This document shows, in pieces, positions 9,087-22,100 of a stretch of 64,000 nucleotides of DNA. Both the position numbers and the translations under genes were made by a program. A model generated the notes under the pieces. It was not told where the DNA came from. It saw only the letters and a program-made list of their open reading frames with translations, and searched no databases. The DNA comes from Rebecca billardiae RCC1528 (Eukaryota > Protista > Haptophyta), in assembly GCA_965240325.2 (NCBI GenBank), contig OZ251236.1:1054001-1118000 (forward strand), in the 5' to 3' direction. How positions within the stretch are numbered: position 1 is the stretch's first letter; the number at the start of each line of letters is the position of its first letter.

Positions 9087-11091
9087 GATTGGACTTTCTT
9101 CAGGAATGCGCACCAGAAAAAGCCTTAACAACCCGCTGGAGTTTCGCCGTCAAATCTCGAGCCGGCCCGCCACTGGCGGAAACGCCACGATGCGGGCCTT
9201 CTTCCTCGTCGACCGCACGTGCGCTCTCGCGATCGTGCGACGAGCTGCGGGCAGATCGACCCGCTCTTCCTGATCGGATGCCGATATCACTCTCAGGTAC
9301 GCTCGCTCGCGAGCGCGCACCCGTCTCCTCGCCGCCCTCGTCGAGCACGAGCCGATCTGCAGCAGATGTTGCAGCTCGCGGCTTTGGCCGTGCTCGCGCG
9401 CGCGCGGCACGGGCGACACAAAATATTTGTATCGGGACCTTTGCGCGCATTCCATTCTTTGATGGTGGTACCCTTGATCCCCGGACTAGGTCCCGATAAA
9501 CGCTTTCGCTCGTTGGCGCTGCGTGCGCGCGCAAACGAGCCACTCCAAAGGCAGTGCACAGGCAGTTGCAGTGAGTAGTTCTCCTCCTGGGCGGCCTCCA
9601 TGGCCTCGAGCGTGGTGACGAGCGCGCCGGTGACCACCACGCGGTCCACCTTGGTGGCGCCGGACTGTCCGGCCGACCCTCGCCGGACTCCACCCTTGCC
9701 GCGCGCTGACCGTTTGCCGGTCGTGCAGCTGCGCCGCCAGCCGCTCGGTGCGAGCGGCGAGCGGCCACATGGTGACACAAGATGGTCGAAGACGTGGCAG
9801 CGCGGTGGTGCGTGCGATCGGGGGACCCCACCTGAGCTACGACACGGGCGCGCGCGCTCGTCCGTGCTCATCACGGTGGTGGACGCGCGCCTCACGCGCT
9901 CGTCGGCTGTCGCGCGCTGACCGTTGGGCTGCATTTTGGTGTCTGCGGCGGCCACAGCTCGCCGGTACGGGCCCTATGGTGGCAGCGAGTGGTACGCGGC
10001 GTTGTACTAGGTCCGCGCACGCCACGCACGACGCTCGGCAGGCTCGCCCTCGGACCATTGGCTGAGCCCTACTCGCCGCGCGCGCCGCGCGCAGCCGGCC
10101 GCTCGGCAGCTGCTCCGGGCGCGAAGCGCGCCCCGCGCGCTGCACGTGGGCGCGACGAGGTGGTGTAGCGAGCGTGCGCGAGTGTGTGCGCGTGATGGGC
10201 ACCACCATGGCGCTACTTGCCATGCACATCTGCCTCTCGCCACGCCTTCGACACGATAGCTGCGACTGCTGCTCGGAGGTGCGCTCGAGCGCTCGCACAC
10301 GTTTGAATCTGGGCTCGGTGGCGACCGCGTGGGCGAGGGGCAGCGCGGTGCACGGTGGCGGAGCGCGTGCGGAGCGGAGCCTACACCTCCTACACGCTCC
10401 ATCCAGACACATCGCGCATGCTCGCGCGACCTCCTCGGTCCATCACGCACGCGTGCGCGCGCGAGCAGGTTTGCAGCTGCCGGGCGCGAGCACGGCGCGC
10501 CGCGTTGGCGCGCGCGCACCGATACCCGTGCGCAGCTCGACGAGCGAGCGCGGTGTGTTTCGATGCGTATGGGGAGGCTCGAATTTACGCGCGCGCACGC
10601 GCCGGCCCTCGCCGCCCCTTCGCTCGCCCACGCCTCATCTGCGCGCTTGGCGTTTGCACGCAGCTGCTCATCCTTTCCAACACGTGCACAAACGAGCAGA
10701 TGGCGCTGGGCGAGGTCGATTGGTGCGTCAGATATTCGGCAACGACCAGGCCCGCTTGTGCGCCGCCGCTCGTGCTACTCTCGACGACCACCTCTGGCTC
10801 GGTCGCGCGCACGAGGCTGCTCGCGGCCGAATCGTGCCGTGTACCGTCAAGCTGTACCGTGCGCGGCGAGGCGCATTCAGACGTCGGCGTGGGCTGGCAT
10901 GCAATCGGCCAACAATCAGCGTCGACGAACGAGCATGTCGCGAGCATGGTTTGGCCCACTTCCTGGCGCGCACGAGCCGCTCCAAGGCGCGCAAGGGCGC
11001 ATAACCGCCGTCGTGGCCGCCGACCCCATCTTGGGCCGCGCGGGTTGTTAAGGCTTTTTCTGGTGCGCATTCCTGAAGAAAGTTTAATATC
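9087..11091. mobile_element. ~2.0-kb non-autonomous TIR DNA transposon inserted in (TA)n
   Basis: Perfect 44-bp inverted repeat at 9093-9136 and 11040-11083, GAT...ATC termini, and (AT)n on both sides. No recognisable transposase. Confidence 0.8.
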
Positions 11092-11279
<188 letters not shown>

Positions 11280-12319
11280 TTAACTATAGTTAGTATCAGT
11301 AGCCGCCAGTGTAGATCGCATCGTCAGTGATGAGCAGTACGTATACTACGTAGCGCGCAGTTTTAGTTTCGTCAGGGTCGTCGGAGCAGCTTGCGCATGA
11401 CGAGCGCATATGTCACAGCGCAGTGTCCGAGTGGCCGTCCGATGAGACGACGTAGCGCGGCCGCCCGCCCGCGGCGGAGTCCGCCCTCGGCCGACGACGA
11501 TGCCACTACTGACGGCTACTACTGCACTGAGACTGCAGGCGCGCGCTGCGACTTAAGTATAACTACTGCCACAGACAGGCCACAGCGGGCACAGGGGGGT
11601 CCGCAGATGTCGATGAAGGTTCCCACTTCGGAAAGCAGAGTAGCAGCTTATAGCAGAAGCCGCCATGCATGGCGGGCGTCATGAATCCCCGTCCCACAGC
11701 GATCCAAGGCCCCAGCACCACGACTGGGTCACCGAAGCGTGGCGTAGGCAGGTTGGTGCGTTCGTACGAGCGCATGGGCATGAGTGACTGTGACAGCTAC
11801 TTCCTTTCCGACTTTATTATTTCGACCACTCTCACGAATCCACGTCCACGTCCTCGTGCCGACGTGCGTTCAGGCGCGCGCGTGAGGCTGCGCATGGGTG
11901 GGCAAGTAGCAGGGACCAGGATCACCGTTCTGACGGGCATGATGCCGACCTCTTTATTGGTATACCTTGCGACGGTGCAGACCAGTCATCAATATGTTCG
12001 TCCGTATCGGACCCAACCACACATCACGGACCGTGATGAGTACCTAACGACGATGATGATCAATAATGACCGCGTTCCGCGGTCCTTTTCTGCATAGAAT
12101 CAACGCAGTTGGGGGCCCGCGGTGGCCGTGCAATCGCGGCTCTCCGCCGTAGTGGCAGTTCGCCAGTTGAAGTCGGTTCTGAGATGACTGAAGCTATATT
12201 AGTCCGACCGTCGCCCTGCCTGCGCGACCGCGAGACTCATTCACACTTCACACAATCACAGCAGCGGACCTGAGACCGCACCCGGCACCGGTCGTCAAAT
12301 CGGACGTCCGTCTGACAAC

Positions 12320-12464
12320 TAGCTGCCAAATGTCCAACTGGCTGATCAGCTCGGATCCGACCCGTCCGCGATCGTGCCATCGGCATCGGAATTACTACTA
12401 GTAGCTGCCAAACTGTGTCCAACTCTGGCTGATCAGCTCGGATCCGACCCGTCCGCGATCGTGC
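12320..12464. repeat. ~60-bp imperfect direct repeat, 2 copies
   Basis: TAGCTGCCAAA...GGCTGATCAGCTCGGATCCGACCCGTCCGCGATCGTGC at 12320-12377 and 12402-12464. Confidence 0.85.
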
Positions 12465-13601
12465 TGAGTGAGTCGTGCCGCGGAGCTCGGAGTACTGAAG
12501 GAGTCGGGTGTGACAGCAGGGTGCTTTAGCGCTGCGGCCCGTGCCAGCCAACGACCAGACGTACTCTGGCCACTTGACCCGTTGCACGGGTGAGTGACCG
12601 TACGCCCTGCCTAGTGCCTACCGCGCGCGCCGCGCGACCGGCGACTCGGGGTGATGGAGAGCGGATGGCGACAGCAGCAGCAGTCCTCATGAAGACGATG
12701 AAACTGGCGGCACGGGTGCACGAGGTGGCAGGCGAAAGCGCGCCGACGAGACCGCATTTGACACACCTGAGCCGCACGCGCGTGCCAGTCGCCGAGCGGC
12801 GAGCGCTGCAAACGCGCAACCGTACCGCGCGCGCCACGACGGCGCGGCACTAGCTGATGCAGGCCGTACTGCCGGTACTGCTTCTGCGATCATGCGCCAC
12901 GGTCGCAGCTGACTGCGTGAGCAGCAAGCGGGAGGCGGGTCCGGAGGCACGTGCAGGCGCCGTCCCGCATACAGGCAATCGCGGGCAATAAGAAGTCAGA
13001 GATCTCACGGCTAGCCTCAGTTTCTTAGCCGTTCGGTAGCCCGAGCGCCTACGGAGTCTCAGTTTCTTAGCTAGGTCCGCCCGCCGCGCAGGCGCGGGGG
13101 GCCCAGGGGGGCAGAGCCCCCCGCTGAGTCTTTAGGCCCGGCCGGCGAGGCCGACGAAAATTTTGGGCCTTTTTGGAGCAAATCTGGCGGCATGATGTTG
13201 CATGGATGCTGCGGTGCACTGGCCAGGAGTCAGTCATCAGGAGAAGTCGGGACTTGGCCTGTACTCGTAGTCGGGCCGCGCGCCGCGTCCCCGACGGGCC
13301 GACTGCGCCTCGCCCCTCGGCGGACCACTCGTCAGCCGGGACGACGTACGGTCCCGGTTTCTTAGTGTGACTATGCGTATAGCGAACCAGCCAATCGCTA
13401 GCCTCAGTTTCTAGGCCAGATCCGCAGATAGCAAGCCCCAGTTTCTTAACGTGACAGCTCCTTATTGCCCGCGATGGCCTGTATCCGCCATCGCCCATCG
13501 TGCCGGGGCACGTCACCTCCGACGATCCGGATGTGGCCCAGTCCGGACGTCACGCGATCCGGGAAGACGAGTACGATTCGCTCGTAACGAACCGTTACAC
13601 G

Positions 13602-14139
13602 AATGTCACGTCCAGCTGACGTCCAGATCGCACTTTACTTAAGGGAATCAGCTGGGCGCGGTTTTTTTTGGCCTGATAGACCTCTCAATGCGATCTCAAA
13701 AACTCGAAACTCGGTCTCCGCCAGCCCTAAAAATCGCCCCCCGTCCCTTTTTTTCCGCCGCCCCCCGTCCCTTTTTTCTTGATCAAAGATCTTTTTGAAA
13801 CGTGGTTCGGGCCCGCTGGTGCGGGCTCCACGCTGCGCGCTCCGCCCTGCACCGCGGGCCATAATACACTAATGTCACGTCCAGCTGACGTCCAGATCGC
13901 ACTTTACTTAAGGGAATCAGCTGGGCGCGGTTTTTTTTGGCCTGATAGACCTCTCAATGCGATCTCAAAAACTCGAAACTCGGTCTCCGCCAGCCCTAAA
14001 AATCGCCCCCCGTCCCTTTTTTTCCGCCGCCCCCCGTCCCTTTTTTCTTGATCAAAGATCTTTTTGAAACGTGGTTCGGGCCCGCTGGTGCGGGCTCCAT
14101 CCACGCTGCGCGCTCCGCCCTGCACCGCGGGCCATAATA
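13602..14139. repeat. 269-bp tandem duplication
   Basis: AATGTCACGTCCAGCTGACG starts at 13602 and 13871. The copies are near-identical apart from a 4-bp insertion in copy 2. Confidence 0.95.
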
Positions 14140-14459
14140 TGCTGATGAACATTTATAGACTGACTACTGAGGCGCGGTGCCGGTATAGTCGTGCGACCGG
14201 GCGTCCGACACGACGGGCTGCCGTGCGAATATACGCGTGTCCAGCGCGTCGATCGTGTGCGCGCCTGTCAACGACGAGGCCATCATCGCGCGACCGACAT
14301 GGCTAGCGAGCTGATCGTCAGGACTAGTAACAACCTAGTGTTTGGGACCACGCCGCAGGCGCCAAATCAGTTTGGCAGCGACCGCTCGCCACCGCTCAAT
14401 GCCCGTCCAGAGGCACGGACGTGCCGGCACTACCTGGCCAGCATCCGCCAAAGTGCGGC

Positions 14460-15755
14460 CTACCATCTGGACCCCCCTGTACGTAGGGCGCTGGAATCCG
14501 ACGTGCGCTGCTCAGCGCGCACGCAGCACCCGGTGAGCGCAAGCAGCTCAGGGTCGACTGCCGCGAGCAGGTCGAGCACAGTCCGCTCAGGTTTCGCACC
14601 GTGGGCGGTGCCCAGGTCCACGGCGCGCTCGAGGCCGAGGCGAGAGTAGCGTTCACACTCCGCGTCGCGCCCAGGCTTGGGCTGCTTCTGCGCGAGAAGC
14701 GCCCCGCTCAGCCCGGGCTGCAACTTGTTGAAGGCGCGCACCGTGCGGTCGATCACGCCCTCGAACGCAGCCATGTGCGTGTGGCGGAGGGACGGCACGC
14801 CCCGCCCCGCCAGGCTCAGAGGGCTTGGCCGATCGGCGGGCCCCGTCGCAAGCAGCTTGCACGCCTCGTACCGCCGCAGGCACGCCTTGAGATCCTCGGC
14901 CAAGTTCTCCTGGCGCACCCAGCAGTCGGCGACGGTGAGGGTCCCCTCGGCGAACGCTCTCAGATCCTCGACAATCGTCGCCTCCGAGCTGTCGCGCGTC
15001 GAGACCGCGTGGTGCCAGCACGACTCGGCGAGCTCAGGGGTGCGCGGGGGGCTGTGCCGCGCGGACAGGTAGGTGCACCAGAACCGGCGGCTCCACGCGC
15101 CCACGCGCCGCGCCGATCCTGGCGTGCCAGGGGCAGCCGACACGTTTACTCGTTTCCCGGCGCTGCGCTCGACCCAAGCCTCGAAGCGCCCGCCTGGCGG
15201 TTGGTTGGCAGCGCGCCTGCATCGACCTTTGTGCTCGAGCGGCCCCCACTCGCACCCGTACTCGCGTTGGAACTCCCACTGCGAGACGTACAGGTCGCAC
15301 AAGTTGCGCACGGACGCGATGCTGAACGCGTCGACGGGTGGCTGCGTCACGTTGTCGTCTTTGATCACGTGAAACTCCTGGTGCAACCGACGCACGCTGG
15401 ATCGCTGCCGCTGCGCGGCCATCTTCGCGAGCCGTTGCGTCTCGCGCTCGAGGGCCTCGAAGATGTTCGAAGCGAGCGTGCCTCCCGACTTCGCCAGCCG
15501 CTTGAAGTACACCGTTGGACGCTCGCGCAGCGCTGCCAGCGGCGGACATGCGCGCGGGTGCACCGGCAGCTCGCGGAAGCGCGGCTCGGCCGCACGCCAC
15601 TGCAGCCGGGCGCGCGGGGCGGCTTGCAGCTCGTTGTGCAGCCTCAACACGGCGCCCTCGAGGGGCGCCACGCACATCAGATGGCACATCGCGAGCCCGA
15701 CCCACGGTGAAGTGCGCGGCAGCCAGCGCGAGCGCCCCCATCGCCCCATCGGCAT
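14460..15755 (-). CDS. Golgi/secretory-type sulfotransferase family protein
   Basis: N-terminal hydrophobic anchor, 5'-PSB-like VYFKRLAKSGGT, 3'-PB-like SVRNLCDLYVSQWEF, and DCWVRQENLAEDL. Confidence 0.7.
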   Translation of the reverse strand: MPMGRWGRSRWLPRTSPWVGLAMCHLMCVAPLEGAVLRLHNELQAAPRARLQWRAAEPRFRELPVHPRACPPLAALRERPTVYFKRLAKSGGTLASNIFEALERETQRLAKMAAQRQRSSVRRLHQEFHVIKDDNVTQPPVDAFSIASVRNLCDLYVSQWEFQREYGCEWGPLEHKGRCRRAANQPPGGRFEAWVERSAGKRVNVSAAPGTPGSARRVGAWSRRFWCTYLSARHSPPRTPELAESCWHHAVSTRDSSEATIVEDLRAFAEGTLTVADCWVRQENLAEDLKACLRRYEACKLLATGPADRPSPLSLAGRGVPSLRHTHMAAFEGVIDRTVRAFNKLQPGLSGALLAQKQPKPGRDAECERYSRLGLERAVDLGTAHGAKPERTVLDLLAAVDPELLALTGCCVRAEQRTSDSSALRTGGSRW

Positions 15756-16162
15756 GGCCGGCGCGCTTTACAAGCCCTGGGCCCTGGCCGACTATCGTCG
15801 TCGCACGATTGTACACCGGCGCGGTCTGAAATAGGTCGAAAATGAACTCCGCGTATCTATAATTCTAGACACTCGGTAGACAGTCCGATCACTGCTAAAC
15901 CTGCTCACATTATTCAGTAGTGACAGTAGTAGTATCACAGTGTACGCATGCGCGCAACATGTATTGCACAATGGGGCCCCGCCCGGCGCGGGCGGGCCAC
16001 GGGGGCGCTCGGTGAAGAGTAAAACGCGGCCAGATCGTCCCGGGCCGTGCAGCAGATCAGACGACGTCGTACGGAACGGCTCGTAAGCAGTGTCGATGCT
16101 CATCCGATGATGTGCGGGCGGCTCCTGGTGCAGCCACAGCGGCGCTCCGCAGCGTCAGACGG

Positions 16163-18664
16163 TCAGTAGTCACCGGCGTACTCGACCATGTCGTCGTGCT
16201 CATCGTCCATGCCGTGGTGCGCGCCGCCGTCGTGCACGTACTCGTCGTCGTCCTCGTCGTGCTCGGCGCCGCGCGGCGCATCCAGCAGCAGCGGGCTGGT
16301 CATGCCGAACGGGCGCAGCGCCTGCGTGTGGGCCGAGCGGCCGCGCCCGTCGCGCACGTCGTCGTACTCGTCGTCGAGGTCGGGGTCGAGCGAGGGCGCC
16401 GCGAGCGCGCGTGACGCGGGCGCGCTCGGCGTCACCTCCGACGGAAGCGGCGCGCGCGGCTCCGGCTCGCTGAACGTCACGTGGCGCGAGCGCGCCGGCC
16501 GGGTGCCGCCGTCGTCGTGCGCGTCGCCGGCCGCGCTCGCGCGCGCGGGGCGCGCTCGCGCGCCGGAGGGCATGGTCGGCGCGATACCCAAGCGCGCGGC
16601 GCCGCGCGGCGTGACCGAGGGCGCCGTCGCGAGCGGTTCGCTCGCGGAGCCCGCCGGCACGAGGCCGCGCTGCGCGTCGCCCGCATCGCCGGGCGCAGCG
16701 CCGCCACCGCCCGCGCCCGCGCCGTCGAGGCGCGCGCCGCCGACTCCGCTGCCGCCGCCGCCGCCGCCGCTGAGGATGGCCGGCGTGCCCAGGCCAGCGG
16801 AGAGCGACTGGATGTCCTGCTGGATCCCATCCCGGCTGAGCACGTCGTAGTTGAGGTTGGTGGAGACGCGCTTCCGCCTCAGCTCGCCCTCGACCGCCTC
16901 TGCGGCCGTCGCGGCGGGCGTGCGGTCGCGCTGCTTCCGCTTCCGTGGCTTCTTGCCGCCGTGCTCGTCGGCCGGGCCGGCGGCGGCCGCCTGCGCGTCC
17001 TTCTCGGCGCGGTATGCCAGCCACTCGTGGTTCAGCTCGGTCCACAGCTGGTCGCGCGCGCAGAGCTCGTCCTCGTTCGTAATAATGTAACCGTCGATCT
17101 CGGAGTCTGAGATTGTCTCGAGGTCGTCGGCCGGGTCGGCAACCGCGCCGCCGGCGGCCGCGCCAACCGCGCCGACCACGCCGGGCCGTGGCGGCCCCGC
17201 CGCCTGCGCGGGGTCGGCCGAGGCCGGGGCCGCGTCGTCGGCGGCGAGCGCGGCCGCCTCGAGCGAGCTCACCGCCTGCTCCGCCGCGATGACCAGCCCC
17301 GGGTCGATCGCCGGCGTGAGCGCGCGGCAGCCGCCCGGGCCGCCCGCGCCTGCTCCGCCCGCGCCGCCGTGCGTCGTGGTGGCCACCGCGGGCAGCGCGC
17401 CGCCGCTGCCCGCCGCGGGCTGCTGCGCCGCGCCGTCGGCGGAGGCGCTCGCGGCCGCCGAGGCTGACGCTGCACCAGATGCCTGCGCCGAGACCGCCCC
17501 CGAGCCCCCCGCGGACGCCGACGCCGCAGCCGACCCAACGCACATGACCGTGCCGACCACGGGCGGCGCCGCGGGGCCGGCCGCGGCGCCGGCCGCACCG
17601 CCGCCGTGCGTGAGCAGCGGGCGGGGGATCGCGGCGTGGACGAGGGGCAGCCCGCTCGTCTGCACGGGGCGCAGCTCGGCGAGCGGCAGCCCGGGCATGC
17701 GCCCCGCGCACGGCACCGCGAGCACGGGCTGGCACGCGGTGCCCTGCGGCAGCGCGGCCAGGGCACTCTTCCACGCGCCGATCGCCTCGCGCTGGCGCGC
17801 GGCCACAAACGAGGGCGGGTCGCTCTCCTCGATCTGCTCGAGGTCGACGGTGCCGAGATCGTGCGCGGTGAGCCGGCCGCACTGCGTCTGCTCGAACTCG
17901 GTGAGCCGCTTGCGCAGCGTCACGTCGCAGATGCGCACGACGTGCACGAGCTCGCGCTGCGTTCGCCTGAAGCCGTGCACGCGCGCGGCGATCAGCAGGG
18001 CCGCGCCGCAGATGCCCGACGGGCGGCGGCCGGTGTGGATCCAGTCGCGCTTCATGCGCTGCACGAGGCGGAGCGCGAGCATCGACACGACGTGCATCTT
18101 GTCCCCCAGCTCGAGCCTTGAGGCGAAGCGGTGGATGTACAGGCTCGGGTCGATGAGCGGCAGCTGCAGGTTGAGCAGCCGCGTGAACTTGAGGAACGTC
18201 GCGCCGAGCGCGTACACGTTGGTCTGCAACACGTCGGAGAAGTCGATGAGCATGTGCGCGGTCTTCTCGCGCCGGCACACGATGTACAGGCACGCCGCGA
18301 CCACGTGCTGCGTGCGCCGCCCCTGGATGAAGTTGTGCTGCACAGCGAGCAGGAAGAAGCGCTGCGCCGCCTCAACGTGGTGCGCGTTGAGCGAGAGCGC
18401 GCCAGCGATGTGCGAGATCTTGCGCCGGCCGTTGGAGATGGTGATCTCGCGCGACTCCTTCGCGAAGCTCGAGCTCATCATCCCTGTCCCGCTCGAGCTG
18501 ATGAACTGGCCGACCACAGACGACGCGCCGTTCGCATCCTCCGCAAACTGCACCTCGCTCACGATGGTGTTCTCCTCGATGACGGTGCCGCACTGGATGC
18601 ACACGGTGTCGCCCTTCGCCGGGTCATAGTCCGTCTCGGTCCCGTTGCAGTGCGGGCACACCAT
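16163..18664 (-). CDS. BRF1: Transcription factor IIIB subunit Brf1
   Basis: Zn ribbon MVCPHCNG..CIQCGTVIEEN, TFIIB cyclin folds (VAACLYIVCRREK, IDPSLYIHRFA, RDWIHTGRRPSGICGAALL), and the BRF1 C-terminal block (ISDSEIDGYI, LWTELNHEWL, STNLNYDVL). Confidence 0.95.
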   Translation of the reverse strand: MVCPHCNGTETDYDPAKGDTVCIQCGTVIEENTIVSEVQFAEDANGASSVVGQFISSSGTGMMSSSFAKESREITISNGRRKISHIAGALSLNAHHVEAAQRFFLLAVQHNFIQGRRTQHVVAACLYIVCRREKTAHMLIDFSDVLQTNVYALGATFLKFTRLLNLQLPLIDPSLYIHRFASRLELGDKMHVVSMLALRLVQRMKRDWIHTGRRPSGICGAALLIAARVHGFRRTQRELVHVVRICDVTLRKRLTEFEQTQCGRLTAHDLGTVDLEQIEESDPPSFVAARQREAIGAWKSALAALPQGTACQPVLAVPCAGRMPGLPLAELRPVQTSGLPLVHAAIPRPLLTHGGGAAGAAAGPAAPPVVGTVMCVGSAAASASAGGSGAVSAQASGAASASAAASASADGAAQQPAAGSGGALPAVATTTHGGAGGAGAGGPGGCRALTPAIDPGLVIAAEQAVSSLEAAALAADDAAPASADPAQAAGPPRPGVVGAVGAAAGGAVADPADDLETISDSEIDGYIITNEDELCARDQLWTELNHEWLAYRAEKDAQAAAAGPADEHGGKKPRKRKQRDRTPAATAAEAVEGELRRKRVSTNLNYDVLSRDGIQQDIQSLSAGLGTPAILSGGGGGGSGVGGARLDGAGAGGGGAAPGDAGDAQRGLVPAGSASEPLATAPSVTPRGAARLGIAPTMPSGARARPARASAAGDAHDDGGTRPARSRHVTFSEPEPRAPLPSEVTPSAPASRALAAPSLDPDLDDEYDDVRDGRGRSAHTQALRPFGMTSPLLLDAPRGAEHDEDDDEYVHDGGAHHGMDDEHDDMVEYAGDY

Positions 18665-19151
18665 CGTCACCGCCCGCCTCGCGCCCGTGCAGGAAGATGG
18701 GGCGAGTGTTCCTGGGGCCGCCAGGGGCTGCCTCCCATGGAGGTTTTTCACTTTTTCCAGCTCCAGAAGTCCAATAAGAAAAAAGGGCTGACTCGTCCGT
18801 CCGGCTCCTCAGAATCGTGTCCGGTGGCTCCGCAGTCCTGCTGGAGGGGCTTGAGATCGTGGCGTCGAGAAGTTCTCGCCTTCTCCGAACCCATATCCGG
18901 TTCATCACAGAAGCTTCGGTGAGTGCGGTACCACATCTAAAAAGTCAGCCCAGAAAGCTGCGTGCCCGTTCAAGCAAATCAATAGGTGAAGAACTGTGAT
19001 CGAGCTTTTTCCTTATTGCATTCCGTAATCAATAATGACCGGCCAGTTTGAGCCCACAAGCGAACGACGGCCCCCGGCCCTCCAGCCCCTGTGCGCGCCG
19101 GCTCCGCCTCGCGCACCGACGCTCGTGCCGGCGAGGTGAGCCAGCGGTGGC

Positions 19152-22100
19152 ATGTTCCGTCGGCAGAGCCTCACACCAGGGGTGGGCTCCTCAGCGCCCA
19201 TCCTGCCGTCAAAGCCCGAGGCGGCGTGGGCGGTCACGACATCGCTGTCGTCCTCAATCAGCCGCGTCGTGCGCGCGGAGCGCGCGACGCTCTTCATCGT
19301 CGACCACCGACACAGGCTGCTGTACTCGTGGGTGGCGAAAGGCCTGAACGAGGAGGAGTGCATCAAGATCTCGATGGACACAGGGCTCGCCGGCTACGTC
19401 GCGCGCACCGGGAAGCTCCTCTCCATCGACGACCCATACAACGACCCGCGCTTCAACAAGAAGGTCGACCTCGAGACGGGGTACACGACGCGCAACGTAC
19501 TGTGCGTGCCGGTCGTCGACTCGAACGGGCGCATCTGCGCGGTGCTTCAGCTGGTCAACAAGCTCGGGGCGGAGGGTGGCGACGCCGACGATCCGCCCGG
19601 CGGCTTCGACGCCGCGGATGCCGAGATCCTGCGCACCTTTGCGCCCGTGATCACCGTGCAGCTGCAGAGCGTGCCCACGGACGAGCTGCCCACGCTCGCC
19701 GACGGAGCGGACAAGCAGCGCGGCGTGATCCACAAAGCGGCAGCGCGGCGTGCCTCGATCTCCCGTGGACGCTCGACCAGCAGCGCGAGGATCGGCCCGG
19801 AGGGCAGCGCGCGCACCTCGGGTGGCAGCGTCGCGCCCGGGGCTGCGGTGGACGCTGGCGGCACACCGGCGGCTGTGGACTTTGAGCTCCCAGATCGGAC
19901 GGACAAGCTTCGGCTGCTGGCGCTCGAGCTGGCGGAGGGTGTCAAGTCCGGCCACGTCGAGGTGCGCGCGGCCGAGCCGCCCAACGCCAACCACGGCGGC
20001 GGCGTGCTCGCGAGCCTCGCGCGGCTCCCGGGCGCGGCGCCGCTCCGTCGGTGCCTCGCAGTGGACGGGCCGCGAGACGCCTTCTCCGAGCGCGTCGAGT
20101 CCGTCGACTACGAGGCGCCGGTGACGTACGCCGCGCGGAAGATCCTGCGCAACGCCGAGGAGCTTGCCGCCGCGCGCCGCGAGAAGATGCTCTTTCCGCT
20201 CCTCCTCGTCACGGTGAGCCACGCGCTGGGGCGAGCGTGCTGCGCCCGTCCGCGGCTCCACGCGCGCACGCGCACGCGTGAACGCGCGCGTATGTGCTCA
20301 TCCCCCCGATGGCGAACGTCTCGCGGCACGCAGGTGGGCGTCCTGGTTGGGATTGCAACCTTCGTCGTACACGTGCTCTCGATCGAGCTGCTCGCGGCGA
20401 AGTTTGAGCTGGTCGAGCTCGCGATGAGTGCTGGCGGCCTCGCCGCGGGCGGCTGCACGTTTGTGGCGGCAGGGACAGTCTTTGCGCTGGTCTCCGCGCT
20501 GCTGGTCGAGCTGGTGGCGCCCTCGGCGGCCGGCTCGGGCATGGCGAGCGTGCTTCTGCTGCTCAACGGCACGCACCTGCCCAAGGGCTTCCGCTTCGCC
20601 ACGCTCGTCGTGAAGATGGCCGGCCTCGTGCTGGTCGCAGGCTCAGGGCTGGCGTGCGGGCAGGTGAGCGCCGCGCGCGCGCGCGTGCGCGAGAGGAGGC
20701 CGCGTGCGCGCGCGCGCACGCGCGGCGGCGGCTCATCCGCGCCGAGCGCCTCTGCTCCTCGCCTGCCACGCGCGTTGCCCCCACGTGCCCGACCCCGCCG
20801 CCGCCCGCAGGAAGGGCCGATGATCCACATGGGCGCGATCATCGGCAACCTGGTCGCGAGCGCCGCGCGGCCGATGCTCAGACGCACCTCGCAGCTGGAG
20901 GGCACCGGCCGGCACTGGATCGACCTCGTGGGCTGCGGCGGCGGCGCGGCGCTCTCCGGGGCGTTCCTCGCGCCGATCGCCGGCGTGATGTTCGTGATGG
21001 AGGAGCTCGGCACCTTCTGGTCCAAGTCGCTGCTCATCTCTGTCTTCACGACCTGCCTGGTGGCTGCAAGTGTCGGGATGATCCTGCATGCGATCGAGCA
21101 CGCAGACGAGGAGCACCCGTTCCGCCCGTTCAGCGAGCGCGTGTACTACATCTCGCTGCTCGAGGCGGACGAGGGCGGGAAGGTGCGCGGCGTCTTCCTC
21201 GCCGAGATCCTCGTGTTCGGGCTGATGGGCTGCTGCGGCGGGCTGTTCGGTGCCCTCTTCAACAGAGCGTCGAGCTTAGTGACCGGGCTGCGGCGCACGC
21301 ACGCCTCGCCCGCGCGCTGGCGCCGGCTGCTCGACGTGATCGTGCTCGCCGCGGCGACGGCGCAGCTCACCTGGCTTGTGGTGACGATGTGGCCGTGCAC
21401 CGACTTCGACCCGGACACCGCCCCCGAGCTCGTCGCGCACTACGCCAGCTCGCTGGGCTGCGCGGACGACGACGGCGCCGGCGGCGAGCACGGCGGCGAG
21501 CACGGCGGCACGCGTCAGTGGAACGAGCTGGCGACGCTCTTCCTCTCGCCCGTGCTCAAGACGTCGGGCATGCTGCTGTCGCTCGAGCACAAGGCCTTCT
21601 CGCTCGCCGCGTGCTGCGTGTACGGCTCCGTCTTCGTCTGCCTCGCCGTGCTCACCATCGGCACCACCGTGCCCCACGGGCTGCTGCTGGTGACGATCAC
21701 GGTCGGCGCCGCGTTTGGTCGCGCGTTCGGCATCCTGGCGGAGCGCGCGGTCGGCGTGCCGATCGTGCACGGCGTGTACGCGCTGGTCGGCGCGAGCGCG
21801 TTCGTGAGCGGCTGCTCGCATAACACGAGTGCGCGCCGCGCCGCGCCGCGCCGCGCCGCGCGCCGCGCCGCGCGCGAGCCCGCGCTCAGCAGCGCTGATG
21901 CGCATCATCGGCGCGCGGCGCACACGGCCCCCGGTGTGCGCGCAGTCGCGTTCATGATGATCTTGATCGAGCTGATGAACGACTCGACGGTGCGCGCAGA
22001 GCGCGCACGTGGTCGCAGCGGCCCCGCCACGCCACCTGCGCGCACGACGCAGCCGTGGCTGCCCCCGCCATCTCTGCGGCCGCGGCTCAGCTCGCCCGAC

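Noticed and set aside
9100-11070. ORFs inside the TIR element as a transposase
   Set aside because: No DDE, HTH or Zn-finger pattern that I can support.
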